Both the position numbers and the translations under genes were made by a program. 64,000 nucleotides of DNA from Rhodospirillaceae bacterium (GTDB lineage: Bacteria; Pseudomonadota; Alphaproteobacteria; UBA6615), in NCBI GenBank assembly GCA_038117265.1, contig JAYOFO010000007.1:3985-67984 (forward strand), given 5' to 3'. Within the stretch, counting starts at the first letter, position 1; each line of letters opens with the position of its first letter. The notes beneath the pieces are model-generated. The model made no database searches. It was not told the origin of the DNA and saw only the letters and a list, made by a program, of their open reading frames with translations. Below are positions 9,274 to 23,177 of the stretch, piece by piece.

Positions 9274-9906
9274 ATGGACGAAGCGCTTACCGATCTCGGC
9301 GGATACATCGCCGCCGCCCTGCCGCAGGAGGTGACCGGGACCGAGGTCGCCAATGGCGACCTGAGCGTCCTGACGCGCGCGAGCGGCCTGCTGCGGCTGC
9401 TGACCTTCCTGCGCGACGACACGAACTGCCAGTTCAAGGTGCTGATCGACCTGTGCGGGGTCGACTATCTAGAGCGCGGGGCGCGCTTCGACGTGGTCTA
9501 TCACCTGCTGTCGGTCAGCCAGAACCAGCGGATCCGCGTGAAGTGCGCGGTCGGCGTGGACGATGCGGTTCCCTCGGCCACGGACGTGTTCAGCGCGGCC
9601 GGCTGGTTCGAGCGCGAGGCCTGGGACATGTACGGCATCTATTTCTCCGACCACCCGGATCTGCGGCGCATCCTCACCGACTACGGGTTCGAGGGGCACC
9701 CGATGCGTAAGGACTTCCCGCTGACGGGCCGCGTCGAGGTCCGCTACGACGAGACTCAGAAGCGCGTGGTCTACGATCCGGTCAAGCTGACCCAGGATTT
9801 CCGTTCGTTCGACTTCCTGTCGCCGTGGGAGGGCATGAACGCCGTCCTGCCGGGCGACGAGAAGGCGCGCGCCGACGAGGACGAAGCGGGCGAGGGCGCG
9901 GCATGA
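9274..9906 (+). CDS. nuoC: NADH-quinone oxidoreductase subunit C
   Basis: [33 protein letters not shown]. Confidence 0.97.
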   Translation: MDEALTDLGGYIAAALPQEVTGTEVANGDLSVLTRASGLLRLLTFLRDDTNCQFKVLIDLCGVDYLERGARFDVVYHLLSVSQNQRIRVKCAVGVDDAVPSATDVFSAAGWFEREAWDMYGIYFSDHPDLRRILTDYGFEGHPMRKDFPLTGRVEVRYDETQKRVVYDPVKLTQDFRSFDFLSPWEGMNAVLPGDEKARADEDEAGEGAA

Positions 9907-11081
9907 GCGACGTCGCGATCAAGAACATGACCCTCAACTTCGGCCCGCAGCATCCTGCGGCCCACGGGGTCCTGCGGCTGGTGCTGGAGATGGATGGCGA
10001 GGTGGTCGAGCGCGCCGACCCGCACATCGGACTGCTGCACCGCGGCACCGAGAAGCTGATCGAGTACAAGACCTACCTGCAGGCCGTGCCTTACTTCGAC
10101 CGGCTCGACTATGTCTCGCCCATGTGCCAGGAGCATGCCTACGCGCTGGCCGTGGAGAAGCTGCTCGGAATCGAGGTTCCGGAGCGCGGCCAGTACATTC
10201 GGGTGCTGTTCTCCGAGATCACCCGTATCCTCAACCATATTATGAACTTGACGACGTATGCCCTTGATGTTGGAGCAATGACGCCGCTCTTGTGGGGGTT
10301 CGAGGAACGCGAGCGGATGATGGAGTTCTATGAGCGTGTGTCGGGCGCGCGGCTGCATGCGGCCTACTTCCGCCCGGGCGGCGTGCACCAGGATCTGCCC
10401 GCGGGCCTGGCCGACGACATCTATGCGTTCTGCGAGAGCTATCCCAAGTTCATCGACGACATGGAAAGCCTGCTGACGGGCAACCGCATCTTCAAGCAGC
10501 GGACCGTCGACATCGGCGTCTTCTCGGCCGAGCAGGCGCTCGACTGGGGCATGTCGGGCTCGACCCTGCGGGCCTCGGGCGTCGCCTGGGACCTGCGCAA
10601 GGCCCAGCCCTACGACGTCTACGACCGCATGGACTTCGACGTTCCGGTGGGCAAGACCGGCGATTGCTACGCGCGCTACCTGGTGCGGGTCGAGGAGATG
10701 CGCCAGAGCCTGCGGATCATCAAGCAGTGCCTGGACGAGATTCCCGACGGTCCGGTCATGACGCAGAACCACAAGCTGACCCCGCCGCGCCGCGGCGAGA
10801 TGAAGCACTCGATGGAAGCGCTGATCCATCACTTCAAGCTCTATACCGAGGGCTATCACGTGCCCGCCGGCGAAACCTATGCCGCCGTCGAGGCGCCCAA
10901 GGGCGAGTTCGGCGTCTACCTGGTCGCCGACGGCTCGAACAAGCCCTACCGCTGCAAGATCCGCGCACCGGGCTTCGCCTTCATGCAGGCGCTCGAAGCG
11001 CTGACCAAGGGACACATGCTGGCCGACGTGCCGGCGGTGATCGGAAGTCTCGATATCGTGTTCGGGGAGGTCGACCGGTGA
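9903..11081 (+). CDS. nuoD: NADH-quinone oxidoreductase subunit D
   Basis: [31 protein letters not shown]-terminal DIVFGEVDR; ATGA overlap with nuoC. Confidence 0.97.
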   Translation: MSDVAIKNMTLNFGPQHPAAHGVLRLVLEMDGEVVERADPHIGLLHRGTEKLIEYKTYLQAVPYFDRLDYVSPMCQEHAYALAVEKLLGIEVPERGQYIRVLFSEITRILNHIMNLTTYALDVGAMTPLLWGFEERERMMEFYERVSGARLHAAYFRPGGVHQDLPAGLADDIYAFCESYPKFIDDMESLLTGNRIFKQRTVDIGVFSAEQALDWGMSGSTLRASGVAWDLRKAQPYDVYDRMDFDVPVGKTGDCYARYLVRVEEMRQSLRIIKQCLDEIPDGPVMTQNHKLTPPRRGEMKHSMEALIHHFKLYTEGYHVPAGETYAAVEAPKGEFGVYLVADGSNKPYRCKIRAPGFAFMQALEALTKGHMLADVPAVIGSLDIVFGEVDR

Positions 11082-11667
11082 GCGACAGCTTCGCATTCGA
11101 CGACGCCCACCGCGCCCGCGCCGAGACGATCGTCGCGCGCTATCCGGAAGGGCGGCAGCAGAGCGCGGTGATCCCGCTGCTCGACCTGGCCCAGCGTCAG
11201 GCCGGCGGCTGGCTGCCGACCGCGGCGCTCGAATATGTCGCGGCCTATCTCGACATGCCGAAAATCCGGGTGCTCGAGGTCGCGACCTTCTACACGATGT
11301 TCAACCTCGAACCGGTCGGCAAGAACTTCGTCCAGCTCTGCCGCACGACGCCGTGCTGGCTGCGCGGCTCCGACGATCTGCGCGCCGTGGCGAAGGACGT
11401 GACAGGCTGCGGGCTGGGCGAGACCAGCGACGACGGGCTGTTCACCGTGGTCGAGGTCGAGTGCCTGGGCGCGTGCTGCAATGCCCCGATGGTGCAGATC
11501 AACGACACGTATTACGAGGATCTGACGGCCGAGAGCTTCAAGGCGGTCCTCGAGGCGCTGAAACGCGGCGAGACGCCGACGCCAGGGCCGCAGAACGGGC
11601 GCCGGGGGTCCGAGCCCGTCGGCGGGCTGACGACACTGACCGGGACGTCGGCCGGGGAGGGTGCGTG

Positions 11668-11668
<1 letters not shown>
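11078..11668 (+). CDS. nuoE: NADH-quinone oxidoreductase subunit E
   Basis: [19 protein letters not shown] and [10 protein letters not shown] 2Fe-2S ligands; GTGA overlap with nuoD. Confidence 0.96.
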
Positions 11669-12972
<1,304 letters not shown>

Positions 12973-12985
12973 GGGGGCGGACGCG

Positions 12986-15040
12986 ATGGCAAAGGTCACC
13001 ATCGACGGCGTCGAGATCGAGGTCCCCAACGGGATCACGGTGCTGCAGGCCTGCGAAATGGCCGGCAAGGAAATCCCGCGCTTCTGCTACCATGAGCGGC
13101 TGTCGGTCGCCGGCAACTGCCGGATGTGCCTGGTCGAGGTCTCGCCGGGGCCGCCGAAGCCCGCTGCGTCGTGCGCGCTGCCGGTCAATGACGGCATGGC
13201 GATCAAGACCGACTCCGAGATGGTGCGCAAGGCGCGCAACGGGGTCATGGAGTTCCTGCTGGTCAACCATCCGCTCGACTGCCCGATCTGCGATCAGGGC
13301 GGCGAGTGCGACCTGCAGGACCAGGCGATGGCCTATGGCCGCGACGGCTCGCGTTTCGCCGAGCACAAGCGCGCGGTCAAGGACAAGCATATGGGCCCGC
13401 TGATCAAGACGATCATGACCCGCTGCATCCACTGCACCCGCTGCGTGCGCTTCGCGACCGAGGTCGCCGGCGTGCCGGAACTGGGCCTGCTGGGCCGTGG
13501 CGAGCATGCCGAGATCACGACCTATCTCGAGAAGTCGCTGGATTCCGAGCTGAGCGCCAACGTCATCGACCTGTGCCCGGTGGGCGCGCTGACCTCAAAG
13601 CCCTACGCCTTCGTGTCGCGGCCCTGGGAGCTGACCAAGACCGAATCCGTCGATGTGCTCGACGCGGTCGGCGCGGCGATCCGGGTGGATTCGCGCCAGA
13701 CCGAGGTCTTGCGCATCCTGCCGCGTCTCAACGAGGACGTGAACGAGGAGTGGCTGGGCGACAAGTCGCGCTATGCCTGCGATGCGCTGGGCCGCCAGCG
13801 CCTCGACCGGCCCTACGTTCGCGAGGACGGCAAGCTGCGCGAGGCTAGCTGGAACGAGGCCTTCGCCGCGATCGCGGCGAAGCTGAAGGGCCTGTCGGGC
13901 GACAGGATGGCCGCGATCGCCGGCGACCTGTGCGACGCGGAATCGATGCTGGCGTTGAAGCAACTCATGGCGTCGCTCGGCTCGGCGAACCTGGACTGCC
14001 GCCAGGACGGCGCGAAGCTGCCGGCCGACAATCGCGCAGCCTATGTCATGAACACCGGCATCGCGGCGCTCGAACAGGCCGATGCGGTGCTGCTCGTCGG
14101 CACCAACCCGCGCTGGGAGGCGCCGCTGGTCAACACGCGGCTGCGCAAGGCCTGGCTGCAGGGCGGTGCGCGTGTCGCGGTCGTCGGCCCGCAGGTCGAC
14201 CTGACCTACCCGGTCGAGCATCTTGGCGCCGGTCCCGATACGCTGCGGCAGATCGCCGACGGCAGTCACGAATTCGTACAGGTCCTGAAAGACGCCGAAC
14301 GTCCGGTCGTGATCGTCGGCATGGGCGCCCTGGCGCGCGCCGACGGTGCGGCGGTGCTGGCGACGGCAGCGAAACTGGATGTGGTGCGCGACGGCTGGAA
14401 TGGCTTCAACGTGCTGCACACCGCCGCCGCACGGGTCGGCGGGCTCGACCTCGGCTTCGTGCCGGGTGCGGGCGGGCGCGACGTGGCGGGCATCCTGGCC
14501 GGCGCACGGTCGGGCGAGATCGAGGCGGTCTACCTGCTCGGCGCCGACGAGATCGACATGCAGGGGCTCGGCGATGCCTTCGTGATCTACCAGGGCCACC
14601 ACGGCGATGCCGGTGCGCACCGCGCCGACGTGATCCTGCCGGGCGCGGCCTACACCGAGAAGAACGGCATCTATGTGAACACCGAGGGCCGGGTCCAGCT
14701 CGCCCGCCAGGCCGTGCAGCCGCCGGGCGATGCGCGCGAGGACTGGACGATCCTGCGCGCCCTGTCGGATGCGCTCGGCGCGGGCCTCGATTACGTAACC
14801 CTCGGCGACGTGCGCGCCGGGCTGGTCGCCGCGAACCCGGTGTTCGACCGGGTCGACGAGGCGGTCGCCGCCGACTGGCGGGCGCCCGACGGTGCCGGCG
14901 AGATGGGCGCGGACGCGTTCGTCAGCCCGATCGACAATTACTACATGACGGACCCGATCAGCCGGGCGTCCGAGACGATGGCCGAATGCACCCGCGCGTT
15001 CGTGCGTGCGGGCGGCGAGAGGACCGGAACCGATGGTTGA
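12986..15040 (+). CDS. nuoG: NADH-quinone oxidoreductase subunit G
   Basis: [47 protein letters not shown]. Confidence 0.97.
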   Translation: MAKVTIDGVEIEVPNGITVLQACEMAGKEIPRFCYHERLSVAGNCRMCLVEVSPGPPKPAASCALPVNDGMAIKTDSEMVRKARNGVMEFLLVNHPLDCPICDQGGECDLQDQAMAYGRDGSRFAEHKRAVKDKHMGPLIKTIMTRCIHCTRCVRFATEVAGVPELGLLGRGEHAEITTYLEKSLDSELSANVIDLCPVGALTSKPYAFVSRPWELTKTESVDVLDAVGAAIRVDSRQTEVLRILPRLNEDVNEEWLGDKSRYACDALGRQRLDRPYVREDGKLREASWNEAFAAIAAKLKGLSGDRMAAIAGDLCDAESMLALKQLMASLGSANLDCRQDGAKLPADNRAAYVMNTGIAALEQADAVLLVGTNPRWEAPLVNTRLRKAWLQGGARVAVVGPQVDLTYPVEHLGAGPDTLRQIADGSHEFVQVLKDAERPVVIVGMGALARADGAAVLATAAKLDVVRDGWNGFNVLHTAAARVGGLDLGFVPGAGGRDVAGILAGARSGEIEAVYLLGADEIDMQGLGDAFVIYQGHHGDAGAHRADVILPGAAYTEKNGIYVNTEGRVQLARQAVQPPGDAREDWTILRALSDALGAGLDYVTLGDVRAGLVAANPVFDRVDEAVAADWRAPDGAGEMGADAFVSPIDNYYMTDPISRASETMAECTRAFVRAGGERTGTDG

Positions 15041-16052
15041 GTTCTGGTGGAGCTATGCCTGGCCGACGATCTGGATCGTCATCCAGATCCTGTTCATCGT
15101 CGTGCCGCTGCTGATCGTCGTGGCCTATCTCACCTATGCCGAGCGCAAGGTGATCGGCCTGATGCAGCTGCGCATGGGCCCTAACGTGGTCGGGCCGTTC
15201 GGCCTGTTCCAGCCCTTCGCCGACGCGCTCAAGCTGATGACGAAGGAGCTGATCATCCCGACTGGCGCGAACCGAGTGGTCTTCCTGCTCGCGCCGATGC
15301 TGACCTTCGTGCTGGCGATGGTCGGCTGGGCGGTGATCCCGGTGGCCGAGGGCTGGGTGCTGTCCGACATCAATGTCGGCATCCTCTACCTGTTCGCGAT
15401 CAGCTCGCTCGGCGTCTACGGCATCATCATGGCCGGCTGGGCGTCGAACTCGAAATACCCGTTCCTGGGCGCGCTGCGCTCGGCGGCGCAGATGGTGTCC
15501 TACGAGGTCTCGATCGGCTTCGTGATCATCTCGGTGCTGCTGGCGGTGGGCTCGCTCAACCTGTCCGACATCGTGCTGGCGCAGGAGGGCCTCTGGTTCT
15601 TCATCCCGCTGCTGCCGATGTTCATCATCTTCGTGATCTCGGCCCTGGCCGAGACCAACCGCGCGCCGTTCGATCTGCCCGAGGCCGAGGCCGAACTGGT
15701 GACGGGCTACAACGTCGAATATTCGGCGATGGCCTTCGCGCTGTTCTTCCTCGGCGAATACGCGAACATGGTGCTGATGAGCGGGATGACCGTCATCCTG
15801 TTCCTCGGCGGCTGGCTGCCGCCCTTCGACATCGCGCCCTTCAACTGGCTGCCCGGCATCGTCTGGTTCGCGTTGAAGGTGTCGTTGATGCTGTTCGTGT
15901 TCCTGTGGGTGCGCGCGACCCTGCCGCGCTACCGCTACGACCAGCTCATGCGGCTGGGCTGGAAGGTCTTCCTGCCGGCCTCGCTGCTCTGGGTCGTGGT
16001 CACCGCGGGCGCGATCGTCGCGTTCGACTGGTACCCCGGCGTCGTGAACTGA
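15033..16052 (+). CDS. nuoH: NADH-quinone oxidoreductase subunit H
   Basis: ERKVIG...[38 protein letters not shown]. Confidence 0.97.
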   Translation: MVEFWWSYAWPTIWIVIQILFIVVPLLIVVAYLTYAERKVIGLMQLRMGPNVVGPFGLFQPFADALKLMTKELIIPTGANRVVFLLAPMLTFVLAMVGWAVIPVAEGWVLSDINVGILYLFAISSLGVYGIIMAGWASNSKYPFLGALRSAAQMVSYEVSIGFVIISVLLAVGSLNLSDIVLAQEGLWFFIPLLPMFIIFVISALAETNRAPFDLPEAEAELVTGYNVEYSAMAFALFFLGEYANMVLMSGMTVILFLGGWLPPFDIAPFNWLPGIVWFALKVSLMLFVFLWVRATLPRYRYDQLMRLGWKVFLPASLLWVVVTAGAIVAFDWYPGVVN

Positions 16053-16072
16053 GGAACGGGAGGACGACCGAT

Positions 16073-16561
16073 ATGGCCATGCTCGACCGCACCGCCCGAT
16101 CGCTGCTTCTCGGCGAGATCGCCGCTGGCATGTGGCTGACCCTGAAGTATTTCTTCAAGCCCAAGGTCACGATCAACTATCCCTACGAGAAGGGGCCGAT
16201 CAGCCCGCGCTTCCGCGGCGAACACGCGCTGCGCCGCTATCCCAACGGCGAGGAGCGCTGCATCGCCTGCAAGCTGTGCGAGGCGATCTGTCCCGCCCAG
16301 GCGATCACCATCGAGGCCGAGCCGCGCGAGGACGGTTCGCGGCGCACCACGCGCTACGACATCGACATGACGAAGTGCATCTATTGCGGCTTCTGTCAGG
16401 AGGCCTGCCCGGTCGATGCCATCGTCGAGGGCCCCAACTTCGAATTCGCGACCGAAACTCGCGAGGAGCTGATGTACGACAAGGCCAAGCTCCTCTCGAA
16501 CGGAGACCGGTGGGAATCCGAGATCGCCACGGCGCTCGCCGCCGACGCGCCGTACCGGTAA
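16073..16561 (+). CDS. nuoI: NADH-quinone oxidoreductase subunit I
   Basis: Two 4Fe-4S motifs, [12 protein letters not shown] and [12 protein letters not shown]. Confidence 0.97.
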   Translation: MAMLDRTARSLLLGEIAAGMWLTLKYFFKPKVTINYPYEKGPISPRFRGEHALRRYPNGEERCIACKLCEAICPAQAITIEAEPREDGSRRTTRYDIDMTKCIYCGFCQEACPVDAIVEGPNFEFATETREELMYDKAKLLSNGDRWESEIATALAADAPYR

Positions 16562-16573
16562 GGGGACGGGGAC

Positions 16574-17188
16574 ATGGTCATCCAGGCACTCGCCTTCTAC
16601 CTCTTCGCGATCGTCGCCGTGGCGTCGGGCGTGATGGTCATCTCGTCCCGCAATCCTGTGCACTCGGTGCTGTTCCTGATTCTCGCCTTCTTCAACTCGG
16701 CCGGTCTGTTCGTGCTGATCGGCGCGGAGTTCCTGGCGATGATCCTCGTCGTCGTCTATGTCGGCGCCGTGGCGGTGCTGTTCCTGTTCGTCGTGATGAT
16801 GCTCGACATCAACTTCGCCGAGCTGCGCGAAGGCTTCCTGCAGTACATGCCGATCGGGGCGCTGGTCGGCCTGATCCTGGCCGCCGAGCTCGTGCTCGTC
16901 TTCGGCAGCTGGATCGTCTCGCCCGAGGCGGGCCAGGCGCTCGCCGCACCCGCGCTGCCGGCGGGCGAGGTAACGAACACCCATGCGCTGGGGCGGCTGA
17001 TCTACACCGAGTACATCTACCTCTTCCAGGCGTCGGGGCTGGTCCTGCTGATCGCCATGATCGGCGCGATCGTGCTGACCCTGCGCCATCGCCCGGACGT
17101 CAAGCGGCAGAAGATCGCGGTCCAGGTCGCGCGTACGCGCGAGGAGACGGTCGAGGTGCGCGACGTGGCGACGGGGAGTGGCGCGTGA
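16574..17188 (+). CDS. nuoJ: NADH-quinone oxidoreductase subunit J
   Basis: [27 protein letters not shown]. Confidence 0.96.
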   Translation: MVIQALAFYLFAIVAVASGVMVISSRNPVHSVLFLILAFFNSAGLFVLIGAEFLAMILVVVYVGAVAVLFLFVVMMLDINFAELREGFLQYMPIGALVGLILAAELVLVFGSWIVSPEAGQALAAPALPAGEVTNTHALGRLIYTEYIYLFQASGLVLLIAMIGAIVLTLRHRPDVKRQKIAVQVARTREETVEVRDVATGSGA

Positions 17189-17499
17189 TGCTCGAGATCG
17201 GACTCGCACACTATCTGACCGTCGGGGCGATCCTGTTCACGCTCGGCATCTTCGGAATCTTCCTGAACCGGAAGAACGTGATCATCATCCTGATGTCGAT
17301 CGAGCTGATGCTGCTCGCCGTCAACATCAACTTCGTGGCGTTCTCGGCGCACCTGCAGGATCTGGTGGGCCAGATCTTCGCGATGTTCGTGCTGACGGTC
17401 GCGGCCGCAGAGGCGGCTATTGGTCTGGCGATCCTCGTCGTGTACTTCCGCAACCGCGGTTCGATCGCGGTCGAAGACATCAACATGATGAAGGGCTGA
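17188..17499 (+). CDS. nuoK: NADH-quinone oxidoreductase subunit K
   Basis: [27 protein letters not shown]. Confidence 0.96.
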   Translation: MLEIGLAHYLTVGAILFTLGIFGIFLNRKNVIIILMSIELMLLAVNINFVAFSAHLQDLVGQIFAMFVLTVAAAEAAIGLAILVVYFRNRGSIAVEDINMMKG

Positions 17500-17506
17500 C
17501 GCGGGC

Positions 17507-19432
17507 ATGATCGAACTTGCCGTCTTTCTGCCGCTCGCGGGCGGGATCGTCGCCGGGCTCTTCGGCACCCGGATGGGCGACCGCGCCGCGCAGCTCATCA
17601 CCGTGCTGCCCATGCTCACCGCCGCGGTGCTGTCGTGCGTGCTGTTCTGGCAGGTCGCCATCGGCGGCAATGCGCACACCGTCGAGCTGTTCACCTGGAT
17701 CAGTTCGGGCACGCTCGAACTGAGCTGGTCGCTGCGCATCGACACGCTGACCGCGGTGATGGTGTTCGTGGTCAACGTCGTGTCGTCGATGGTCCACGTC
17801 TATTCCGTCGGCTACATGTCGCACGACCCGCACAAGCCGCGCTTCATGGCGTATCTGAGCCTGTTCACCTTCTTCATGCTGGCCCTGGTGACGTCGGACA
17901 ATTTCGTCCAGATGTTCTTCGGCTGGGAAGGCGTCGGCCTGATGTCCTATCTGCTGATCGGCTTCTGGTTCGGCCGGCCGTCGGCGAACGCCGCGGCGAT
18001 CAAAGCCTTCGTGGTCAACCGGGGCGGCGATTTCGGCTTCATGCTGGGCATCCTCGGCGTGTTCTTCGTGTTCGGCTCGCTCGACTTCGACACCGTGTTT
18101 GCCGCCGTGCCGGGCGTGGCGGGCAAGAGCTTCGGCTTCCTGTCGATGGAACTCGACATCGTCACCACGCTCTGCTTCCTGTTGTTCATCGGCGCGATGG
18201 GCAAGTCGGCCCAGATCGGCCTGCACACATGGCTGCCCGACGCCATGGAGGGCCCGACCCCGGTCTCGGCCCTGATCCATGCCGCGACGATGGTCACCGC
18301 CGGCGTGTTCATGGTCGCGCGCCTGTCGCCGATGTTCGAATTCGCGCCGGTCGCACTGACCTTCGTCGCCTTCATCGGCGGCACCACCGCCTTCTTTGCC
18401 GCGACCATCGGCCTGACCCAGTGGGACATCAAGCGCGTCATCGCCTATTCGACCTGCTCGCAGCTCGGCTACATGTTCTTCGCCATCGGCGTCGGCGCGT
18501 ACCCGGCCGCCATCTTCCACCTGATGACCCACGCCTTCTTCAAGGCGCTGCTGTTCCTCGGTGCGGGCAGCGTCATCCACGGCATGGATGACGAGCAGGA
18601 CATGCGCAAGATGGGCGGCCTGTTCTCCAAGATGCGGGTCACGGCGGTGCTGATGTGGATCGGCTCGCTGGCGCTGGCCGGGGTGCCCGTCTTCGCCGGT
18701 TTCTACTCCAAGGACATCATCCTCGAATCCGCGTTCGCTGCGCACACGGGCATGGGCCAGTACGCGTTCTGGATGGGCATCGCCGCGGCGCTGATGACGG
18801 CGTTCTACTCGTGGCGCCTGCTGTTCCTGACCTTCCACGGCCGCACGCGGGCCGACGAGCACACCTTCGACCACGCGCACGAATCGCCGCCAGTGATGAT
18901 CGCGCCGCTGCTGGTGCTTGCCGCCGGCGCGATGTTCTCGGGCATCCTCGCCGTCGACTACTTCGTCGGCCACGAGATGGAGCATTTCTGGGGCGCCTCG
19001 ATCCTGATGCTGCACAATGTGATCGAGGAGGCGCACCACGTGCCGGCCTGGGTCAAGATCCTGCCGATCGTCGTCGGCGTGGTCGGCATCGTGGGCGCCT
19101 GGGTGATGTATCTGGTAAGGCCGGAATGGCCGGCGGCACTGGTCGCGAAGATCCGTCCGGTCCACACCTTCGTGTTCAACAAGTGGTTCTTCGACGAGCT
19201 CTACGACTGGCTGTTCGTCCGCCCGTCCTTCGTGCTCGGGCGCGGCCTCTGGAAATCGGGCGACGGCGCGGTGATCGACGGGGTCGGCCCCGACGGCGTC
19301 GCTGCCGCCACGCGCGACGTGGCCGGGCTCGCCAGCCGGCTGCAGTCGGGCTACGTCTACCATTACGCCTTTGCGATGCTGATCGGGCTGGTCGTGTTGG
19401 CGACCTGGTTCTTGTTCGGGTTCTTCGGTTAG
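17507..19432 (+). CDS. nuoL: NADH-quinone oxidoreductase subunit L
   Basis: GWEGVG, GKSAQIGLHTWLPDAMEGPTPVSALIHAATMVTAG, HAFFKALLFL. Confidence 0.97.
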   Translation: MIELAVFLPLAGGIVAGLFGTRMGDRAAQLITVLPMLTAAVLSCVLFWQVAIGGNAHTVELFTWISSGTLELSWSLRIDTLTAVMVFVVNVVSSMVHVYSVGYMSHDPHKPRFMAYLSLFTFFMLALVTSDNFVQMFFGWEGVGLMSYLLIGFWFGRPSANAAAIKAFVVNRGGDFGFMLGILGVFFVFGSLDFDTVFAAVPGVAGKSFGFLSMELDIVTTLCFLLFIGAMGKSAQIGLHTWLPDAMEGPTPVSALIHAATMVTAGVFMVARLSPMFEFAPVALTFVAFIGGTTAFFAATIGLTQWDIKRVIAYSTCSQLGYMFFAIGVGAYPAAIFHLMTHAFFKALLFLGAGSVIHGMDDEQDMRKMGGLFSKMRVTAVLMWIGSLALAGVPVFAGFYSKDIILESAFAAHTGMGQYAFWMGIAAALMTAFYSWRLLFLTFHGRTRADEHTFDHAHESPPVMIAPLLVLAAGAMFSGILAVDYFVGHEMEHFWGASILMLHNVIEEAHHVPAWVKILPIVVGVVGIVGAWVMYLVRPEWPAALVAKIRPVHTFVFNKWFFDELYDWLFVRPSFVLGRGLWKSGDGAVIDGVGPDGVAAATRDVAGLASRLQSGYVYHYAFAMLIGLVVLATWFLFGFFG

Positions 19433-19444
19433 GAGCGGCGGATC

Positions 19445-20959
19445 ATGGAATCCTTCCCCATCCTGTCGCTCACGACCTTCCTGCCGCTCGTCGGGGTGCT
19501 GTTCATCCTGATCGTGCGCGGCGATGAGGAGACGGTCGTGCGCAACGCCCGCTGGGCGGCGCTGTGGACCTCTCTCGCGACCTTCGTGATCAGCCTGCTG
19601 CTGTGGATCAACTTCGACGCCACGACGGCGGAGTTCCAGTTCGTCGAGAAGGTGGAGTGGCTGCCGGCCTTCAACATCTCCTATCACCTGGGCATCGACG
19701 GCATCTCGCTGTTCTTCGTGCTGCTGTCGACGTTCCTGACGCCGATCTGCGTTCTTGCCTCGTGGACGTCGGTCACGAAGCGGGTGAAGGAGTACATGAT
19801 CGCCTTCCTCGTCCTCGAGACGTTCATGGTGGGCACCTTCGCCGCGCTCGACTTCGTGCTGTTCTACATCTTCTTCGAGGCGGTCCTGATCCCGATGTTC
19901 ATCATCATCGGCGTCTGGGGCGGCCCGCGCCGCGTCTACTCGGCGTTCAAGTTCTTCCTCTACACGCTGGCGGGCTCGGTCCTGCTGCTCGCGGCCCTGC
20001 TCACGCTGTATTTCGAGGCCGGGACGACGGACATCCCGACCCTTATCGCCTTCGACGTGCCGGCGCAGCTCCAGACCTGGCTGTGGCTCGCCTTCTTCGC
20101 CTCCTTCGCGGTCAAGATGCCGATGTGGCCGGTCCACACCTGGCTGCCCGACGCCCATGTCGAGGCGCCGACGGCCGGCTCGGTGATCCTCGCCGGCGTG
20201 CTCCTGAAGATGGGCGGCTACGGGTTCCTGCGTTTCTCGCTGCCGATGCTGCCGCTGGCGTCCGAACAGTTCGTGCCGCTGATCTACACGCTGTCGGTGA
20301 TCGCGATCATCTACACCTCGCTCGTGGCGCTCGCCCAGGAGGACATGAAGAAGCTGATCGCCTATTCCTCGGTGGCCCATATGGGCTTCGTCACGATCGG
20401 CATCTTCACCGCCACCCGGCAGGGCATCGACGGGGCGATCTTCCAGATGCTCAGCCACGGCATCATTTCCGCCGCGCTGTTCCTGTGCGTCGGCGTCGTC
20501 TACGACCGCGAGCACAGCCGCGACATCGCGCATTATGGCGGGCTGGTCGAGCGAATGCCGAAATACGCCTTCGTGTTCATGGTGTTCATGCTCGGTTCGG
20601 TCGGGCTGCCGGGCACCAGCGGGTTCATCGGCGAGTTCCTGATCCTCGTCGGCGCCTTCCAGGACAACACCTGGGTCGCGGCGCTTGCGGCGACGGGCGT
20701 GATCCTGGGCGCGGCCTACATGCTCTATTTGTATCGCCGGGTCGTGTTCGGGCGGCTCGACAAGGAGCACCTCAAGCAGATCCTCGACCTCGAGCCGCGT
20801 GAAATCGCGATCTTCGCGCCGCTGGTGGTGCTGGTCATCTGGATGGGCATCTGGCCCGAGCCGTTCCTGGGCCTGTTCGACGCCAGCGTGGCGAACCTGC
20901 TGCAGGATTATCAGGCCGCACTCGCGACGGGCGATGCCACGCGCATCGCCGGGCGTTAG
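19445..20959 (+). CDS. nuoM: NADH-quinone oxidoreductase subunit M
   Basis: [42 protein letters not shown]. Confidence 0.97.
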   Translation: MESFPILSLTTFLPLVGVLFILIVRGDEETVVRNARWAALWTSLATFVISLLLWINFDATTAEFQFVEKVEWLPAFNISYHLGIDGISLFFVLLSTFLTPICVLASWTSVTKRVKEYMIAFLVLETFMVGTFAALDFVLFYIFFEAVLIPMFIIIGVWGGPRRVYSAFKFFLYTLAGSVLLLAALLTLYFEAGTTDIPTLIAFDVPAQLQTWLWLAFFASFAVKMPMWPVHTWLPDAHVEAPTAGSVILAGVLLKMGGYGFLRFSLPMLPLASEQFVPLIYTLSVIAIIYTSLVALAQEDMKKLIAYSSVAHMGFVTIGIFTATRQGIDGAIFQMLSHGIISAALFLCVGVVYDREHSRDIAHYGGLVERMPKYAFVFMVFMLGSVGLPGTSGFIGEFLILVGAFQDNTWVAALAATGVILGAAYMLYLYRRVVFGRLDKEHLKQILDLEPREIAIFAPLVVLVIWMGIWPEPFLGLFDASVANLLQDYQAALATGDATRIAGR

Positions 20960-20965
20960 GCGGGA

Positions 20966-22420
20966 GTGGAACCGATGAGCATTGTCGCCGATATCGCCGC
21001 CGTCCGGCCGGAACTGTTCGTCGCCATCGCCGCGATGGTGATGCTGATGTTCGGCGCGTTCCGGGGCGAGGATTCGACCCGGTTTGTCACCTGGCTCGGG
21101 GTCGGTGTCCTGGTGGTCGCCGCCCTGCTGGTGCTAGCGGGGCCGGGCGGATCGACGCTCGCGTTCAACGGCCAGTTCAAGGTCGATGCCTTCGCGGTTT
21201 TCGCCAAGATCCTGCTGATCGCCGGCGCCGCACTCGCCCTGATCCTGGCGCTGCCGTTCAACATGCGCGAGGACATCCGGCAGTTCGAATTCCCGATCCT
21301 CATCGTCTTCGCCGTCCTCGGCATGATGATGATGGTGTCCGCGGCCGACCTGCTGTCGCTCTATATCGGCCTGGAACTGCAGAGCCTGTCGCTCTACGTG
21401 ATCGCCGCGATCCGCCGCGACACGCTGCGCTCGTCAGAGGCGGGGCTGAAATACTTCGTCCTCGGCGCGCTCAGCTCGGGCATCCTGCTCTACGGCATGA
21501 CACTGGTGTACGGCTTCGCCGGCACGACCCAGTTCGAGGCGCTCGCCGCCATCTTCACCGCCGGCGACGGTGCGCCCATCGGCGTCATCGTCGGGCTGGT
21601 GTTCATCGCCGCGGGCTTGGCCTTCAAGGTCTCGGCCGTGCCGTTCCACATGTGGACCCCCGACGTCTACGAGGGCGCGCCCACGCCCGTGACGGCGTTC
21701 TTCGCCGTGGCGCCCAAGATCGCGGCGATGGCGCTGTTCGTGCGGGTCATGCTCGAGCCGTTCGGGCCGCTGGTCGCGGAATGGCAGCAGGTGATCTGGT
21801 TCATCGCGCTCGCCTCGATGGTCCTCGGCTCCTTCGCGGCCATCGCCCAGACCAACATCAAGCGGCTGATGGCCTATTCCTCGATCGGCCATATGGGCTT
21901 CGTCCTGGTCGGGCTTGCGGCGGGCAACGAGACGGGCGTGCAGGGAATCCTGCTCTACCTCGCGATCTACCTGTTCATGAACATGGGTACCTTCGCGTGT
22001 ATCCTGGCGATGCGCCGCCAGGGCCGCATAGTCGAGGACATCGGCGAGCTGGCCGGGCTGTCGCGCACCAACCCCTACATGGCGCTGGCACTCGCGATCT
22101 TCATGTTCTCGATGGCCGGCATTCCGCCGCTGGCCGGATTCTTCGCCAAGCTCTACGTGTTCCTCGCCGCGATCGAGGCTGGGCTCTATGTGCTGGCGGT
22201 CGTCGGCCTGCTGACCAGCGTGGTGGGCGCCTTCTACTATCTGCGGATCGTCAAGCTGATGTACTTCGACGAGCCGGCGGACGCGTTCGATCGCCCGATG
22301 GGCCGCGAGATCGCAACCATCGTCGCCATCACCGGCGTGGTGACCGTGTTCTTCTTCCTCGGCCTGGCACCCGTGCTGGCCGGTGCGGAAGCGGCGGCGG
22401 CGGTGTTCTTCGCCGCATGA
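20966..22420 (+). CDS. nuoN: NADH-quinone oxidoreductase subunit N (start may be ATG 20975)
   Basis: [53 protein letters not shown]. Confidence 0.97.
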   Translation: MEPMSIVADIAAVRPELFVAIAAMVMLMFGAFRGEDSTRFVTWLGVGVLVVAALLVLAGPGGSTLAFNGQFKVDAFAVFAKILLIAGAALALILALPFNMREDIRQFEFPILIVFAVLGMMMMVSAADLLSLYIGLELQSLSLYVIAAIRRDTLRSSEAGLKYFVLGALSSGILLYGMTLVYGFAGTTQFEALAAIFTAGDGAPIGVIVGLVFIAAGLAFKVSAVPFHMWTPDVYEGAPTPVTAFFAVAPKIAAMALFVRVMLEPFGPLVAEWQQVIWFIALASMVLGSFAAIAQTNIKRLMAYSSIGHMGFVLVGLAAGNETGVQGILLYLAIYLFMNMGTFACILAMRRQGRIVEDIGELAGLSRTNPYMALALAIFMFSMAGIPPLAGFFAKLYVFLAAIEAGLYVLAVVGLLTSVVGAFYYLRIVKLMYFDEPADAFDRPMGREIATIVAITGVVTVFFFLGLAPVLAGAEAAAAVFFAA

Positions 22421-23175
22421 CCGAAGGCCCGGAAGCGCTCCCGGGCTGCCACCTCATCGCCCTCGACACCGTCGGCAGCACCAACGAGGAGGCACGCCGT
22501 CTCGCCGAAGCGGGCGCGGCCGACCGCACGGTGGTGTGGGCGCGCGAGCAGACGGCCGGGCGCGGGCGCCACGGCCGAAGCTGGGCCTCGCCGCCGGGAA
22601 ACCTCTACGTGTCGATCCTGCTGCGCCCGGCCTGTCCAGTCGCGCAGGCACCCCAGATCGGCTTCGCGGTCGGCGCCGCGATGGCCGATGCGATCCGGGC
22701 GCTGACCGGCTTGCCCGTGGCGCTGAAATGGCCCAACGATCTCTATCTCGGCGGCGAGAAGCTGTCGGGCATCCTGCTGGAGAGCGCCGGCGACGTTGCC
22801 GGAGATACGGAATGGGTGGTGGCCGGCATCGGTGTCAACGTCGCGTTCCGGCCCGACGTGCCGGGTGCGGGATGCCTGAACGCGGCGGGCGCGGAGTTGC
22901 AGCCCTCGACGTTGCTGGAGTCCTTCGTGCCGCGGTTCTTCGAGCTTCTGGATGTCTGGTCGAACGAAGGGTTCCCGCCGGTCCGCGCGGCGTGGGAGGC
23001 CTGTGCCTTGCCGTTGGGAAGCCCGCTCTCGGTCAAGCTGCCCGGCGGCACCGAGGCGGGCGGTTTCGCCGGCATCGACGAGACCGGTAACCTGTTGCTC
23101 GACGTGGCGGGAAACACGGTGCGTGTTGCAGTCGGTGACGTTTTCCCGCTAAGCACTGCGGCGACGGGAGCCTGA
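22417..23175 (+). CDS. birA: Biotin-[acetyl-CoA carboxylase] ligase (no HTH domain)
   Basis: [29 protein letters not shown]; ATGA overlap with nuoN. Confidence 0.93.
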   Translation: MTEGPEALPGCHLIALDTVGSTNEEARRLAEAGAADRTVVWAREQTAGRGRHGRSWASPPGNLYVSILLRPACPVAQAPQIGFAVGAAMADAIRALTGLPVALKWPNDLYLGGEKLSGILLESAGDVAGDTEWVVAGIGVNVAFRPDVPGAGCLNAAGAELQPSTLLESFVPRFFELLDVWSNEGFPPVRAAWEACALPLGSPLSVKLPGGTEAGGFAGIDETGNLLLDVAGNTVRVAVGDVFPLSTAATGA

Positions 23176-23177
23176 GC

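Noticed and set aside
17480-20770. 1096-aa minus-strand ORF, and similar long antisense ORFs over lon, rnj, dnaE and dxr/rseP
   Set aside because: Shadow frames of GC-rich genes with strong codon bias; they mirror well-identified genes and show no family motifs.
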